The notes under the pieces were generated by a model, which was given only the letters and a program-made list of their open reading frames with translations, was not told where the DNA came from and did no database searches. Shown one piece after another: positions 34,701-49,069 of a DNA stretch of 64,000 nucleotides. Numbering within the stretch: the first letter of the stretch is position 1; every line of letters starts with the position of its first letter. The DNA comes from Octopus bimaculoides. Taxonomy: Eukaryota. The translations under genes and the position numbers were made by a program. The stretch spans positions 10,419,496 through 10,483,495 of the forward strand of contig NC_068987.1 of assembly GCF_001194135.2 (NCBI RefSeq), in the 5' to 3' direction.

Positions 34701-35806
34701 AATGACAACAGTAATGATCGTGTTGGTGGAGGTGTTGTTGTTGTTGTTGTTGTTGTTGTTCTGTTGGTAGTTTTGGTGGCAGCGAACTTTTTGATGGAGA
34801 TTTGACTGGCGCATTAAGGAGGACTAGCTATGACATAAAAATACTCTTGTCAGCCCAATATAACTTAGTTTTCATTTCCGAAAACCTACTGCATAAAATT
34901 CAAAACAAAACATACATAATTATGATATTGAGGCTTAGAACTTGCACATAAAATTCATATTTCATGATATATTATAGATAAATATGTGTGATTTACATTC
35001 TTAATGCAAACATAAGCAAAATGCAAGATATAATATTATAAATATAATTACAGATCTTAACGGAAGCAAACAAATATAACTTCAAAGCTATTTAATTCAG
35101 CAGTAAACTTCCTTTGTGTTTTTTCAATGACGGCTTACATTTATAAAGTTTAAGACGTATCATAAATATATATGACTTAAGTTCTTAATGATAGCATGCA
35201 AATATAACATATAATGCTCATATTAGAGACATGTCACAAATAGCTGTGACATGTATTGATATTACCAACCACACCTAGAACTACGCAGCAGCAAATATTA
35301 CTCAGAATGAAGAAAAACGAATGCGAGCTTTTATTCGATGGAAAAAAAAGAAATTTATATAAATATATATTAGTAGAAAATAATTCAAAGGAGATTTTAG
35401 ATTTTTTAGTTCATTTTACCAAACTGACACTTGGTAAAAAAAAAAAAAAAAAANNNNNNNNNNNNNNNNNNNNNNNNNNNNNNNNNNNNNNNNNNNNNNN
35501 NNNNNNNNNNNNNNNNNNNNNNNNNNNNNNNNNNNNNNNNNNNNNNNNNNNNNNNNNNNNNNNNNNNNNNNNNNNNNNNNNNNNNNNNNNNNNNNNNNNN
35601 NNNNNNNNNNNNNNNNNNNNNNNNNNNNNNNNNNNNNNNNNNNNNNNNNNNNNNNNNNNNNNNNNNNNNNNNNNNNNNNNNNNNNNNNNNNNNNNNNNNN
35701 NNNNNNNNNNNNNNNNNNNNNNNNNNNNNNNNNNNNNNNNNNNNNNNNNNNNNNNNNNNNNNNNNNNNNNNTATATATATATATATATACATACATATAC
35801 ACACAC

Positions 35807-35850
<44 letters not shown>

Positions 35851-36249
35851 ATGTGTATATATATATATGTATTTATATATATATAAATATATATATGTAT
35901 ATATATATGTATCAATGCATTTATGTGTATATATGTATATGTGTGTATATGTGTGCACATACATTTTAATGTTCACTAATGCACACGTACATACAAGTAC
36001 ATTTGAAAGAAAAGCATTTTTACTTTGAACGTGTGCATATGTGTGCGAATAGAAGGATGTATACGTGCATGTAAGCATGCTTCTCTGTGCACTCATATAT
36101 GCATATGTAAGTGAAGGCACGTGGTTTTGCATATAGCAGTGCACATGTAGACAAGTATTCTATTATTTGGTGCGTTTGTGAGTGAACTTTACTGTATACA
36201 CACATACACACACACACACACACACAAGTATGCATACATATATATATAT

Positions 36250-36282
<33 letters not shown>

Positions 36283-37074
36283 CATNNNNNNNNNNNNNNN
36301 NNNNNNNNNNNNNNNNNNNNNNNNNNNNNNNNNNNNNNNNNNNNNNNNNTTATGGTATAATTCTATATATAGATGTAAAATTGTTGGTTTTATTTATGTA
36401 TGTATGTATGTATGTATGTATAGGCATATGTGTGTATATATATATGTGTGTGTGTGTGTGTGTATATATATTTTTTTTGAGAGAGAGAAAGAAAGAGAGA
36501 CACATATACACTTTTACATGTAAACTGTATTATGTAAGTTTTTTTTTGCAGAAGTTTTCTTTTTTTTTTGTATCTTTCACGTAGATGTATGTCATTGCTC
36601 TCACTATGAAACAATTCATGGAGTTCTCTGGGAGGAAACATACTCTTTACCAAAAACTGGTATGCGTTTTAAGAATCACACACACACACACACACATATG
36701 CACGCACACACATATACATGCAGTTCTTAAAATAAAAATTTCTTGCTGAAGAGTATATTTCTCACCTGACAATTCAATAAACCATTAGATAATGAGAACA
36801 ATGGCATAAATATGAATGCACATACATACATACATACACACACGTATAAACACACATACACATATATAAATTACACATGATTTTACGATTGGCCACTCAC
36901 ACTTTCCCCACATCTTGCCCACCCACATTCTGCACCCCCACGACCTCTACCGGTGCCTGCACTTATCAACCTCGTACTGCAGGCACCCAAGCCTCATCGC
37001 TAGTCATCCCTTATACTATGGAGACACTCTGATACTTATACAGACAAATTCACACACACACACACACACACTAC

Positions 37075-37265
37075 GTAGTAGCACTGGCACTGGTGCCACA
37101 TAAAAAAGCACCCAGTACACTCTGTAAAGTGGTTGGCATTAGGAAGAGCATCTAGCTGTAGAAACCAAGCCAAAACAGACAATGGAATCTTGTGCGGCCC
37201 CTGGCTTTGCCAGTTCCTGTCAAATTCTCCAGCCCATTCCACCACTGAAAACAGATGCTAAACGC
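37075..37265 (+). mobile_element. Family B-related retroposon, diverged
   Basis: GTGCCACATAAAAAAGCACCC...TTGGCATTAGGAAGAGCATCTAGCTGTAGAAACC. Confidence 0.65.
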
Positions 37266-37363
37266 CGTTGCTGATATATACAACTGGCTTTTTTCAGATT
37301 TTGCTTAACAAATCCACTCACATGACTTGGATCAGTCACATGACTTGGATCAGTCCAAGTCTA

Positions 37364-37608
37364 CAGTCATGGCCAAAAGTTTGGAACATATTTTCGTATA
37401 TGTGATGTACAACCTTCTATTTATTAAAAGTAAGCATTTTAGTCTAGAACTATATTTTTGGTTTTGCTGATTTGTCCGTCTAGATATTGAACCATTGGAT
37501 CAATTATTAGGTTAGTATATCCCTACATTGTATATATTTGAATCAAATTGTACTTGGGCTAAGAATTTCAATTTTTAAAGAAAGGTTCCAAGCTTTTGGC
37601 CACAACTG
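37364..37608. mobile_element. Tc1-like MITE with TIRs and TA TSD, nested in a family A SINE
   Basis: TA|CAGTCATGGCCAAAAGTTTGGAAC ... GTTCCAAGCTTTTGGCCACAACTG|TA. Flanks 37280-37363 and 37609-37700 join into a - strand family A 5' module. Confidence 0.85.
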
Positions 37609-39690
37609 TATAATAGAAAGACATTTGCTCAAAGTGCCACACAGTAGGAGAGAACCCAGAATCATGTGGTTGGAGAGCAAATTTCCTACCTTACATTCAT
37701 GCCTGGCACATTGCAAGGGAGTTGGCTCCTTTGCAAGAATGTGGACTCAGTTCCTAGTTTGAAGATCCTTTCCTCTCTCTCCCTTCTTCTCACCAGTGTC
37801 AGAGACCTTGTAAAAAGTTTTGAGCATCGTCTTTACCTTCTATTAAAAGATTAAAAACCCAAATTGTTGACTTACGGTTGTCTGAGATGAATGCAACTGT
37901 ATGAATTCTACAAGTCTTGGAGAACACATGAAGCCAGCGGCAGCCTCTTTCTCCAGACTAAAGTGCTACAACAATAACAACAACAGCAACAGCTTCAACT
38001 TTGATTTTCGATTTTACTCTTCTCCACTATACTGTAATGCATTACTGTCTACTAAAATAGAAAAAAACTGAATATATAATCTTGAAAAATTTTTGGTGAC
38101 AATAAGTTCAAAGCCTGAAGAGAAAAAAAATGATTGAAAAAGATTTTTAGATTCCTGAACATGCATATTTTATGGATTCAACATTAATTAGTGATGCTCT
38201 TAAAGATTTCCATGTTTTGTGAAATGAAAGCAAAAAACGAAATGAGGAAAATAGTGGTTGGAACAAAGATATGTCAGAAAATACTTTTAAAAATTTGTAT
38301 GAATGATGTAGTGTTTCGATTCTTAGTTAGAACTGTTTCATTTTATGTTTGGTAATGTGCTTTTTGGAAGCAGCATTGGTAGATCAATTTTATCGTTTTC
38401 TTTCTTTCTTGTAAATCTGGAGTGTAAAGCCTGAGTTAAAAAGAAGAACAACAACAAAAAAAAAAAAAAAAAAAAAAAAAAGAAAACAAAGAAGAATGAA
38501 AAGAAAATGGAAACGTTTACATAATCTTATGAATTCTTTGAATGAAGCATGATGGTTTTGAGATTAAGGTGCTGAAATCCTGACAACAAGATTAGGATTT
38601 CAAACTTTGCTACAATATTTGTGTCGTTTGTTGCCATTGGGGAAAAGAAGAACTAATCTGCTGGCCTCAGTGTTTCTAGACAGCAACAAAATCTATTCCG
38701 ACTTTTCAAATGGTGGGAGGAAAAGCACCAAACAAAAAAAAAAATCAAACAAACAAACGGATATATAAATATACAAATAAATAAAAAACGTTGCTCAGAC
38801 ATTATGCAATTAACAAAATTTGTGAAAAATCAACCCACTGACACTAATATGATAGAAATGGCTGCGAAAATATTACAAAACAGTTAAGAATATGGTATTG
38901 TTTGTATAAACATACAATGTTTATATAAACATGTAGTGTTTATATAAACAGTATGTGTTTATTTAAAGAATGTAATCACATTTATTATTTCTATGGATGT
39001 TTAAGATATTTATATACCATCTTTCATTTTATGTGTGTATCTCTCTCTCTCTCTCTCTCTCTAGCTCTTTCTTACTTTCTTTCTTTCTTGCACCCTCTCT
39101 GTCGGTTAATCCAAGACTATATTCTTCAATCTATGGAACGTCGGTTAAATATCTGAGTACATTCTTCAATCTAAGCATCAATGCGCTCTTTAACCGACAA
39201 ATATGTTCTTTAAGATGCAAGTATAATCTATCATTTGCAAAATGTATCATTTTTTTTTTCCTCTTTTATTTCTCTTTCGTTATTTTTATTATTATTTTTT
39301 TTTTCATATCTGTGGATGATATGTTCTTTAATCTGTGAAAATATTATTTGATCTCTGCATATGTGTACTATAAACATACATAATACAAACACACATACAC
39401 ACATGTCGAGACACACACACACACACACACACATATACATACATATATATACATACACACATATATGCATATATACATATAAATCATATATATATTTACA
39501 TACACATACATAAATACATACATATATACATACATATATATACATACACACACACACATATATATAGACATATATGTATAAACACATATATATATATATA
39601 TATATATACATATGTTTATAAAACAAATGAATATATGAATATAGATATATACATCTACATATACGTACACATACAAGACACATATATATA

Positions 39691-39742
<52 letters not shown>

Positions 39743-40548
39743 TATACATACCTATATATATGTATGCATGTATATATGTATATATGTATATATATATACG
39801 TATATATANNNNNNNNNNNNNNNNNNNNNNNNNNNNNNNNNNNNNNNNNNNNNNNNNNNNNNNNNNNNNNNNNNNNNNNNNNNNNNNNNNNNNNNNNNNN
39901 NNNNNNNNNNNNNNNNNNNNNNNNNNNNNNNNNNNNNNNNNNNNNNNNNNNNNNNNNNNNNNNNNNNNNNNNNNNNNNNNNNNNNNNNNNNNNNNNNNNN
40001 NNNNNNNNNNNNNNNNNNNNNNNNNNNNNNNNNNNNNNNNNNNNNNNNNNNNNNNNNNNNNNNNNNNNNNNNNNNNNNNNNNNNNNNNNNNNNNNNNNNN
40101 NNNNNNNNNNNNNNNNNNNNNNNNNNNNNNNNNNNNNNNNNNNNNNNNNNNNNNNNNNNNNNNNNNNNNNNNNNNNNNNNNNNNNNNNNNNNNNNNNNNN
40201 NNNNNNNNNNNNNNNNNNNNNNNNNNNNNNNNNNNNNNNNNNNNNNNNNNNNNNNNNNNNNNNNNNNNNNNNNNNNNNNNNNNNNNNNNNNNNNNNNNNN
40301 NNNNNNNNNNNNNNNNNNNNNNNNNNNNNNNNNNNNNNNNNNNNNNNNNNNNNNNNNNNNNNNNNNNNNNNNNNNNNNNNNNNNNNNNNNNNNNNNNNNN
40401 NNNNNNNNNNNNNNNNNNNNNNNNNNNNNNNNNNNNNNNNNNNNNNNNNNNNNNNNNNNNNNNNNNNNNNNNNNNNNNNNNNNNNNNNNNNNNNNNNNNN
40501 NNNNNNNNNNNNNNNNNNNNNNNNNNNNNNNNNNNNNNNNNNNNNNNN

Positions 40549-40598
<50 letters not shown>

Positions 40599-40874
40599 GC
40601 ATATATACATATACATATATACAGATATGGGTACATACATACACATAATCATATGCATTCATACATAAATATATATATGTATGAAACCTGTCAACGCAAT
40701 CTCCAAATTTTTCTCTGTGTGAAGAGAATAACAACATGTATTTACATTTGTTTACTTTCTACTGTGCAGTCATTGTAAACTATAGGCTAGATGCATTTAT
40801 CTTAGATTTTCTAATTTGCAGTGTCTCTGTATAATGTGTGCGTATACATACATACACACTTGTGTGTGCATATC

Positions 40875-40905
<31 letters not shown>

Positions 40906-40962
40906 GTATGTGTGGGTATGTGTATGTATATCTTTTATTCTTTTCTTTTATTATTTTACTTG

Positions 40963-41159
40963 TTTCAGTCATTTGACTGTGGCCATGCTACAGCAATACC
41001 TTTACTCGAACAAATTGACCTGAGGACTTATTCTTTATAAGTCTAGTACTTATTCTATCGAACTCTTATTGCTGAACCGCTAGGTACAGGGATGTAAGCA
41101 CACCAACATCAGTTGTCAAACAATGGTGGTGGTGGTGGGGGGGACAAACACAGACACGC

Positions 41160-41201
<42 letters not shown>

Positions 41202-41362
41202 CAGGCTTCTTTCAGTTTCCGTCTACAAAATCCACTCACAAGGCTTTGGTCGGCCCGAGGCTATAGTGGAAGACACTTGCCCAAGGTACCATGCAGTGCG
41301 ACTGAACCCGGAACCATGTGGTTCGTAAGCAAGCTACTGACCACACAGCCACTCCTACGCCT
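40963..41362 (-). mobile_element. Family A composite SINE, full length
   Basis: Reverse complement of the 24180-24612 structure, including the internal (TA)n. Confidence 0.9.
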
Positions 41363-42339
41363 ATATGTATGTATTTATGTATGTATGTATACATGAATGC
41401 ATGAATGTATGTATGTATTTATGTATGTATGTATTAATGTATGCATGTATACATGAATGCATGTATGTATTTATGTATGTATGTATGAATGTATGTATGT
41501 ATGTATGTATGTATGTATTTATGTATGTATGTATGTGTGCCNNNNNNNNNNNNNNNNNNNNNNNNNNNNNNNNNNNNNNNNNNNNNNNNNNNNNNNNNNN
41601 NNNNNNNNNNNNNNNNNNNNNNNNNNNNNNNNNNNNNNNNNNNNNNNNNNNNNNNNNNNNNNNNNNNNNNNNNNNNNNNNNNNNNNNNNNNNNNNNNNNN
41701 NNNNNNNNGCATGTATGTATTTATGTATGTATGTATGAATGTATGTATGTATGTATGTATGTATGTATTTATGTATGTATGTATGTGTGCCAAAAGCAAT
41801 TTGAGAGACTAATAACTTTGGGAACCGTACAGCAACTCAAAGACTAATAGTAAAAAAGTGATTTTTCTCAACTGAGTACAACGAACACTCTGTCATATTT
41901 GTGAAAAATCAAAAACAAACAGAAAAAGAAAAAAAGCTGCATAACAGAAACGCCACCTGGGAGAAGAAAATTAAAGTGACAAAGAAAGAATGGCAAAGAA
42001 AAGACAAAAATAGAACAAAAACAAAATTCCAATAGAACGGCTTAGAAGAATCTCGCCATATTTCCATGACAACCAGATGGCATTAATCAAAATTGAAGCT
42101 AAATTTTTTAAGAAGATATTATTTTGCATGTAATTTTTTTTCTTTCACAGAGTACACAGACATGTAATTAAGATGATCAGAATATAGTTTACTCCAGAGT
42201 ACAGGTTAACCATTCCAGATATGACAGATTTTAATAATAACACTTTGACACAGTTTTCAGCATCAGTGAGTGATAGAGTGACAGGTGTAGGGTCACATGC
42301 AATATGCGTGTGTGTATATATAAATATGCACATATGCCT

Positions 42340-42379
<40 letters not shown>

Positions 42380-42430
42380 ACACACACGCATACACATGTG
42401 TATATGCGTATATATGTTTCTACATATGTT

Positions 42431-42479
<49 letters not shown>

Positions 42480-43360
42480 TTACATATATGTGTATATGTG
42501 TATGTATTGATCTGTAGATATATATGTATATGTGTGTGTATATATATGTTCATTATTACAGGAAAAATGTTGGCAGTGACTTAGTGACTAACAAGTTTTG
42601 GCAAGGAACCTGAAAATTCTAAGTTACCACTAATGTTTTCTCTGTAAAAGTTAATGAGAATGTACTCTACTAAAAAGCATTGAGTAATCCCTCAATTTAA
42701 TATTAAAATGGTTTTATATAGGAGTTAGCATAATATATATACATACATATATATATGTATATTCTAAAAATAAATCATTCTCAAAAATTAATGTGATTTG
42801 CATGCTAGTCTGAACTGAAAAAGCGAAATATTTTGATGCTGCCCTCATGAGCAGAAATTTGTTTAACAAACCTGGTCAACCCTATTTTGGATTCGGAAAG
42901 GACACACATGTATACAAATGCATGCACACAAACACATGCATGTATGCATGTACACACACACACACACGCACACACACACACATACACACATACACACACA
43001 ACTGAGATGGTTGAACAATAGCTAACAATTGTTATGAAGTAACGTCTTTCCTCCTGCAAAATGCTATAACTTTTCACTAGGTTTTATTCCAGTGATTCTT
43101 ACCAACATTAAACCAACTAAGACTTATATATACCCTTAGTATAAAAGTGACATGCACTTCCTGGCAGCATGTCTCAATATTGTTAAGTTCTACAGTCAGT
43201 GAAAGACTCATAGTATTACTGTGACCATTTATATATAATAAAAAAAGAAGAGATGTGACGTTTTGAGCATGGCACTTCATCAGAAAGAGGAAAAAGTCCA
43301 GAGAGAAGGAAAAAAATATTCTGAGAAAAGTATGTGTTTTGTTATATGACTGAAAAAACA

Positions 43361-43750
43361 GGCGTGACTGTGTGGTAAGAAGCTTGCTTTCCAACCACAT
43401 GGTTCCGGGTTCATTCCCACTGAATGGCACCTTGGGCAAGTGTCTTCTACTATAGCCTCAGGCCGACCAAAGCCTTGTGGGTGGATTTGGTAGACAGAAA
43501 CTGAAAGAAGCCCGTTGTGCATATATATGTATATATATTTATGTGTGTGTATCGTTGTGTCTGTGTTTATCCTCCCAACATCACTTGACAACCGATGTTG
43601 GTGTGTTTACGTCTCTATAACTTAGCAGTTCAGCAAAAGAGAATGATAGAATGAGTACTAGGCTCAGAAAGAATAAGTCCCGGGATCGATTTCTTCGACT
43701 AAAGGTGGTGCTCCAGCATGGCCACAGTCAAATGGCTGAAACAAGTAAGC
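43361..43750 (+). mobile_element. Family A composite SINE, full length
   Basis: Head, CCTTGGGCAAGTG, internal microsatellite and 3' module all present. Confidence 0.9.
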
Positions 43751-43767
43751 AAGTGTATAAATATATG

Positions 43768-43925
43768 AAATGCATGTCTTTCAGTTTCCATGTACCAAAT
43801 CCATTCGGAATACTTTGGTCGTCGTGGAGATATAGTGGAAGGCTCGAGGTGCCACACAGTGGGACTGAACCAAAGTCCACATGGTTGAGAAGCAAACTTC
43901 TTAATTATACAGCCATGCCTGCAGC
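43768..43925 (-). mobile_element. Family A SINE 5' module, diverged
   Basis: CTTTCAGTTTCC...GTGCCACACAGTGGGACTGAACC. Confidence 0.65.
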
Positions 43926-44689
43926 ATATACGTATACATGTGTGTGTGTGTGTGTGTGTATGTGTGTCTGTGTGTGTACGTGTTTATGCATGTGTGTGTG
44001 CATGGATGTGTGTGCATGGTTGTGTGCGTATGTGTGATTGTGTGTAAGTGTGGTTGAGTGTGTGTGTGTGTGTGTGCGCGTGCATGTATTTACTCATTTA
44101 CATGTACTGAGTAATCTTTACACAAATCGCTAACATAATACCACACACACGTTTCGTGTTTGCTTTCCCATGCTGGTGTAAGTCAGATGGTTTATCTGAA
44201 GCAATGCTTTTGCGGACAAATGCACTTCCTGTTGAGAACCCTCACTTGTTTCCAGGAAAAGGTCTAATTTTTGCCTGGTCTGGTCTATCGAACAGCAAAC
44301 AGCCAAGATAAACTTTTCTGGAAAATTGCAAAGAAATGACATTATTTTGTATGTGCATATCAAGACAAGGAAAACACACCCTCATGCACACATACATACA
44401 CATATACATACATACATACATACACATACATACACATACATACACATATACACATTTACACACACTCTCACACATACCCATACACAAATCAAGGTGAGTC
44501 AAAGGTTTTTTCGGATTTTCACTGATGATATCTGATAATTTTATCGCCATTTTATATCGTTAATTTGATACAGCTCGTTGTCCAATCATTGCTGTATTGT
44601 TTGTTCTTTATTTTCATATACGACATATAAACATAAAATTTTTTTATTGTTTATTTTACAGCTTTGATAACGAATAGTGAAGTAAATAG

Positions 44690-45105
44690 CAATTAGAGCC
44701 ATTTTATGTTACCTGAAGAAAAAAAGGGGTGGAGGGGGGGTGGCTGAGTGCAAGAGCAGTGGCAAAAGTAATTAATGATGGGAAAAGCACAGGAACTGTC
44801 AATGAACGTGCAACACAAAATTAGTTCAGATGTTTGAAGGAAGGTGACATCAGCCTCAAAAACAAACCAAGGTCAGGGAGACTTTTGTTGCAGAAGATTA
44901 GGTCTTGCTTAAAATGACTGGACAACAACCCAGCACAAGCGCTCATATGTTGTAGGCAGAACTTGGTCCTTCACAAAGCACCACCAATTACCATAATCTG
45001 GGCCTTGTGAATAGATGCTGTTGAGTAGATCCTCATGGATTGCCCAATGGCCAGGCTCAACATATGGGCATTTACAAACAACTGCTAGAAAATCCTAAAG
45101 ATTAA
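44690..45105 (+). pseudogene. Decayed mariner transposase N-terminal half
   Basis: IRAILCYL, LSARAVAKVIND, GTVNERATQN*FRCLKEGDISLKNKPRSGR and QQPSTS...ELGPSQST. Confidence 0.75.
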
Positions 45106-45150
45106 CCTTTTCCCATCCACCTACCCCAATACAAGCTCCCACACATATTC

Positions 45151-45322
45151 TTTTCTACTCTAGGCACAAGGCCTGAAATTTTGGGGGAGGGGACCAGTCG
45201 ATTAGATCGACCCCAGTGCGCAACTGGTACTTAATTTTATCAACTCCGAAAGGACGAAAGGCAAAGTTGACCTTGGCGGAATTTGAACTCAGAACATAAA
45301 GACAGACAAAATACTGCTAATA
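45151..45322 (-). mobile_element. Family G SINE, 5'-truncated
   Basis: TTTTCTACTCTAGGCACAAGGCCTGAAATTTTGGGGGAGGGGACCAGTCGATTAGATCGACCCCAG.... Confidence 0.85.
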
Positions 45323-46106
45323 TATATAATACTGTACACTTCGATNNNNNNNNNNAAAGACAGACAAAATACTGCTAATATATATAATACTGTACACTTC
45401 GATTTATATATATATATATATAATATATAAGTGTGTGAGTGTATGTATGTATGTATGTATGTATATGTGTATGTATGTATATATATGTGTGCAGGTTGTA
45501 GCAGTAGTGGCAATTGTAGAGGTGGTGAAGGACGTAGAACTTGTCAGAGTGAATGAGAAGGTAGTACTTTTTGAGACTGTGGTGACAGCGAAGATAGAGA
45601 TGGTGACAGAGCTGGTAGACACAGTGGAGTTTGTGGTGGTGTTGGTGTTGGTGTTGGTGTTGGTGGTGGGTTCTGGGGGGCTGCAATTCTCCAATCGTTG
45701 CTGCTCTGTACACATGACTATTTGATAACCTCCAAAACTGGGTTGACTATCAAACTCTTCTTCAGAATTATTGTTTGGTGAGACTTTTCTCAGTTTCTTA
45801 ATTCTAGGGAGGTCATTTAAACAGCTGTGCACTCTTTAGGGCTTGACTCTTGCATAGCAAAAATGTTATCGCAATGAAACAAATGTCACTTTGGGATTCT
45901 TAGAATTTTCAATTTGTCACTTGTTTTTTTCCTAAATTCTTATTTTCTTTCTGAAGTCAAACGGTATATGTGTTTGTTAGAAAATGATAATTTACCATGT
46001 TGTGTAAGTAACCCTTTTACAAGTTAAACACAGAATTTTCAAGGCAGCCTTCAACATTTTTCTATCCCAAGTTTTTTTTTTCAATCCAGTCTTTTGTGTT
46101 TTGTTG

Positions 46107-46540
46107 AAGGCGGTCATCTCACAGAATCGTTAGCAAGGCGGGTGAAATGCTTAGCCATATTTCGTCTCTCTTTACATTCTAAGTTCAATTTCTGCCAAGG
46201 TCAACTTTGCCTTTCATCCTTTCAGGGTCGATAAATTAAGTACCAGTTGTGTACTGGGGTCCATCTAATCGATTGTCCCCTCCCCCAAAATTTCAGGCTT
46301 TGTGCCTAGTGTAGAAAAGATTATCAAAGGTGGCAAGCTGACTGAAACGTTAGCATGCTGGGTGAAATGCTTTGTGGTATTTCGTCTATCTTTACATCCT
46401 GAGTTCAATTTCCACCAAGGTCAACTTTACCTTTCATTCTTTCGGGGGTTGATAAATTAAGTACCAGTTGTGTACTGGGATCACTCTATCTGACTGGTCC
46501 CCTCCCCCAAAATTTCGGGCCTTGTGCCTAGAGTAGAAAG
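46107..46540 (+). mobile_element. Two head-to-tail family G SINEs
   Basis: Copies at about 46107-46322 and 46326-46540, each ending GTGCCTAG(T/A)GTAGAAA. Confidence 0.85.
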
Positions 46541-47397
46541 GAATATAATAATTTGCCATTTTGTGTATGTAACCCTTTTACAAGTCAAAAGGGCTCATAA
46601 TGTTGTGCCTCTTTTCTGGAACGCAGAATTTTCAAGGCAGCTTCCGACTTTTTCCAATCCAAAGGATTTTTTTTTTCAATCCAATCGCCATGTTCTGTTG
46701 CAGGCAGTCATCTGGTAGAGTCATTAGCACACCAGAAAATTATGGCATTTCTTCCAGCTTTTTGTGCTAACTTCTTGTCCATGACAAAAATCGCAAACTA
46801 CAGCATACATGTGATCACAAAAACGCAGGTTTCTCAACTTGTGAAGTAAACAGAGCTATGTCACTAGGTGCATTGCTTCATGAAGGTCACTGCTAGCTCT
46901 CACTGAGCATGCAACAGTGTGCTGCCATCTGTTGGCATGCGGCAGTCAGAGATAACAGTTGAAAACTAGAGTCAATCTAATTTGAAACCAATATTTATAA
47001 GCAGTTATTTATAGCTTTGTTTGCTTCAAGGTTCACTGTTCCAAAAGAAATATTGTTTCACGTTCTCTTGAAAGATTATAAATTATTGTGATGTCCTCCT
47101 CCTCCTCTTCCTCCTCCTCATCATCATCATCATCACCACCACCACCACCACCACCACCACCACTACCACCACCACCACCACNNNNNNNNNNNNNNNNNNN
47201 NNNNNNNNNNNNNNNNNNNNNNNNNNNNNNNNNNNNNNNNNNNNNNNNNNNNNNNNNNNNNNNNNNNNNNNNNNNNNNNNNNNNNNNNNNNNNNNNNNNN
47301 NNNNNNNNNNNNNNNNNNNNNNNNNNNNNNNNNNNNNNNNNNNNNNNNNNNNNNNAACCACCACCACCACCACCACCACCACCACCATCATCATCAC

Positions 47398-47437
<40 letters not shown>

Positions 47438-47439
<2 letters not shown>

Positions 47440-47665
47440 TTAACATCTGTTCTCCATGCTGACATGGGTTGGACAGTTTGACAGGAGCTGACCAACTGGA
47501 GAGCTGCCTGGACTCCATTCGCCTGTTTTAATGCCTGCATTCCACGCTCGCAGGGATTAGACAGTTTGACAGGAACTGATGTGCCGCCCGAAATACTGAA
47601 TCGGCCTCCAGTGTCTGCTTTGGTATGATTTTTACTGCTGGATGTCCTTTCTAATACCAAACAAT
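47438..47665 (-). mobile_element. Retroposon 3' end with family-B-type tail
   Basis: (ATC)n-TTTAACATCTGTTCTCCATGCTGACATGGGTTGGACAGTTTGAC...GCTGGATGTCCTTTCTAATACCAA. Confidence 0.65.
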
Positions 47666-48295
47666 ATTAACCATCATCATCATCATCATCATTGTCATTG
47701 TCCTCATCATCGTCGGAAGTGATTCATTCGACTAAAATTTGTCATGGCAGTGCCCTAGCATGGCCATACTCTAATAACTGAAACAAGTAATATTCTATAC
47801 ACCCATGGCTGGGTAAATAAAATATTAGTACTTCAATGTTTTATACACCCAGTTGTGTTACTTTTATATTTTAAATGTACCAAAGAACTGAAATTCCATC
47901 AGTTTTTTTGGGCTTTTTTTTTTTAAAGTGCTTATTTATTTTTATGATTTGCACTCTTGTACAGAATCTAGCTGTTTCTCAATTATTCTTTTTTTTCTTT
48001 TTTTCCTGTTTTAGCCTAAAAACACATATCAATGGTTAGAAATTTGATCCAGTGGAACCTTGCTTTCCAATTATTAAATTGACTGGTTTTCTTGAAGTCA
48101 TTCAAACCACTGAGATTACACGTGTACACATGTGCACACACACACATGCATGCACATGCACTCACATGCACATGCACACACATGCATACACACATGCACA
48201 CACATGCATAAACACATGCACACACATGCACACACATTTATACATATATATGAATATATATCTGTGTATGTGTGTGCATATATACTCTTTACGCT

Positions 48296-48697
48296 TTACT
48301 CTTTTACTTGTTTCAGTCATTTGACTGTGGCCATGCTGGAGCACCGCCTTTAGTCGAGCAAATCGATCCCAGGACTTATTCTTTGTAAGCCTAGTACTTA
48401 TTCTATTGGTCTCTTTTGCCGAACTGTTAAGTTACGGGGACGTAAACACGCCAGCATCAGTTGTCAAGCGATATTGGGGGGACAAACACAGACACACAAA
48501 CACACACACATATATATACATATACATATATATGACGGTCTTCTTTCAGTTTCCATCTACCAAATCCACTCACAAGGCTTTGGTCGGCCCAAGGCTATAG
48601 TAGAAGGCACTTGCCCAAGGTGCCATGCTGTGGGACTGAACCCAGAACCATGTGGTTGGTAAGCAAGCTACTTACCACACAACCACTCCTGCACCTA
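48296..48697 (-). mobile_element. Family A composite SINE, full length
   Basis: Reverse complement of the 24180-24612 structure. Confidence 0.9.
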
Positions 48698-49069
48698 TAT
48701 ATATATACATACATACATGCATACATGCATATATATGTATATATATATATATATGTATAAGTAAGAGTCAAATTTAGGCCAATAAAATTCACATATACAT
48801 TTATATTTATTCAGCCCTAGACCCAACATGGATGAATTTCCTCAAAAGCATATTCAATATATCAAACATATTAAAAATATATAGATATATGAAAATATGC
48901 ATATAAATATACATATAAAAATATGAAAATATATAGATATATATACATTAAAATATATATTTAAAAAATAAATACAAATATAGGTTGATGTACAGATTAT
49001 AAAATGAAGTCATAAAAGGAGATAAGAGTCTATAAGATAAAAAGTTTGAGTGTTACTAATCCAGTTAAT

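Noticed and set aside
35232-35258. Small hairpin ACATGTCAC-N8-GTGACATGT
   Set aside because: A 9-bp stem with no other copy or context; compatible with chance.
41455-41790. Identical (TATG)n block ending GTGTGCC on both sides of a gap (similar case at 17960-19080)
   Set aside because: Most likely a scaffolding duplication artefact.
45298-45403. 48-bp direct repeat either side of a 10-N gap
   Set aside because: Identical sequence flanking a minimal gap is a typical unmerged contig overlap.
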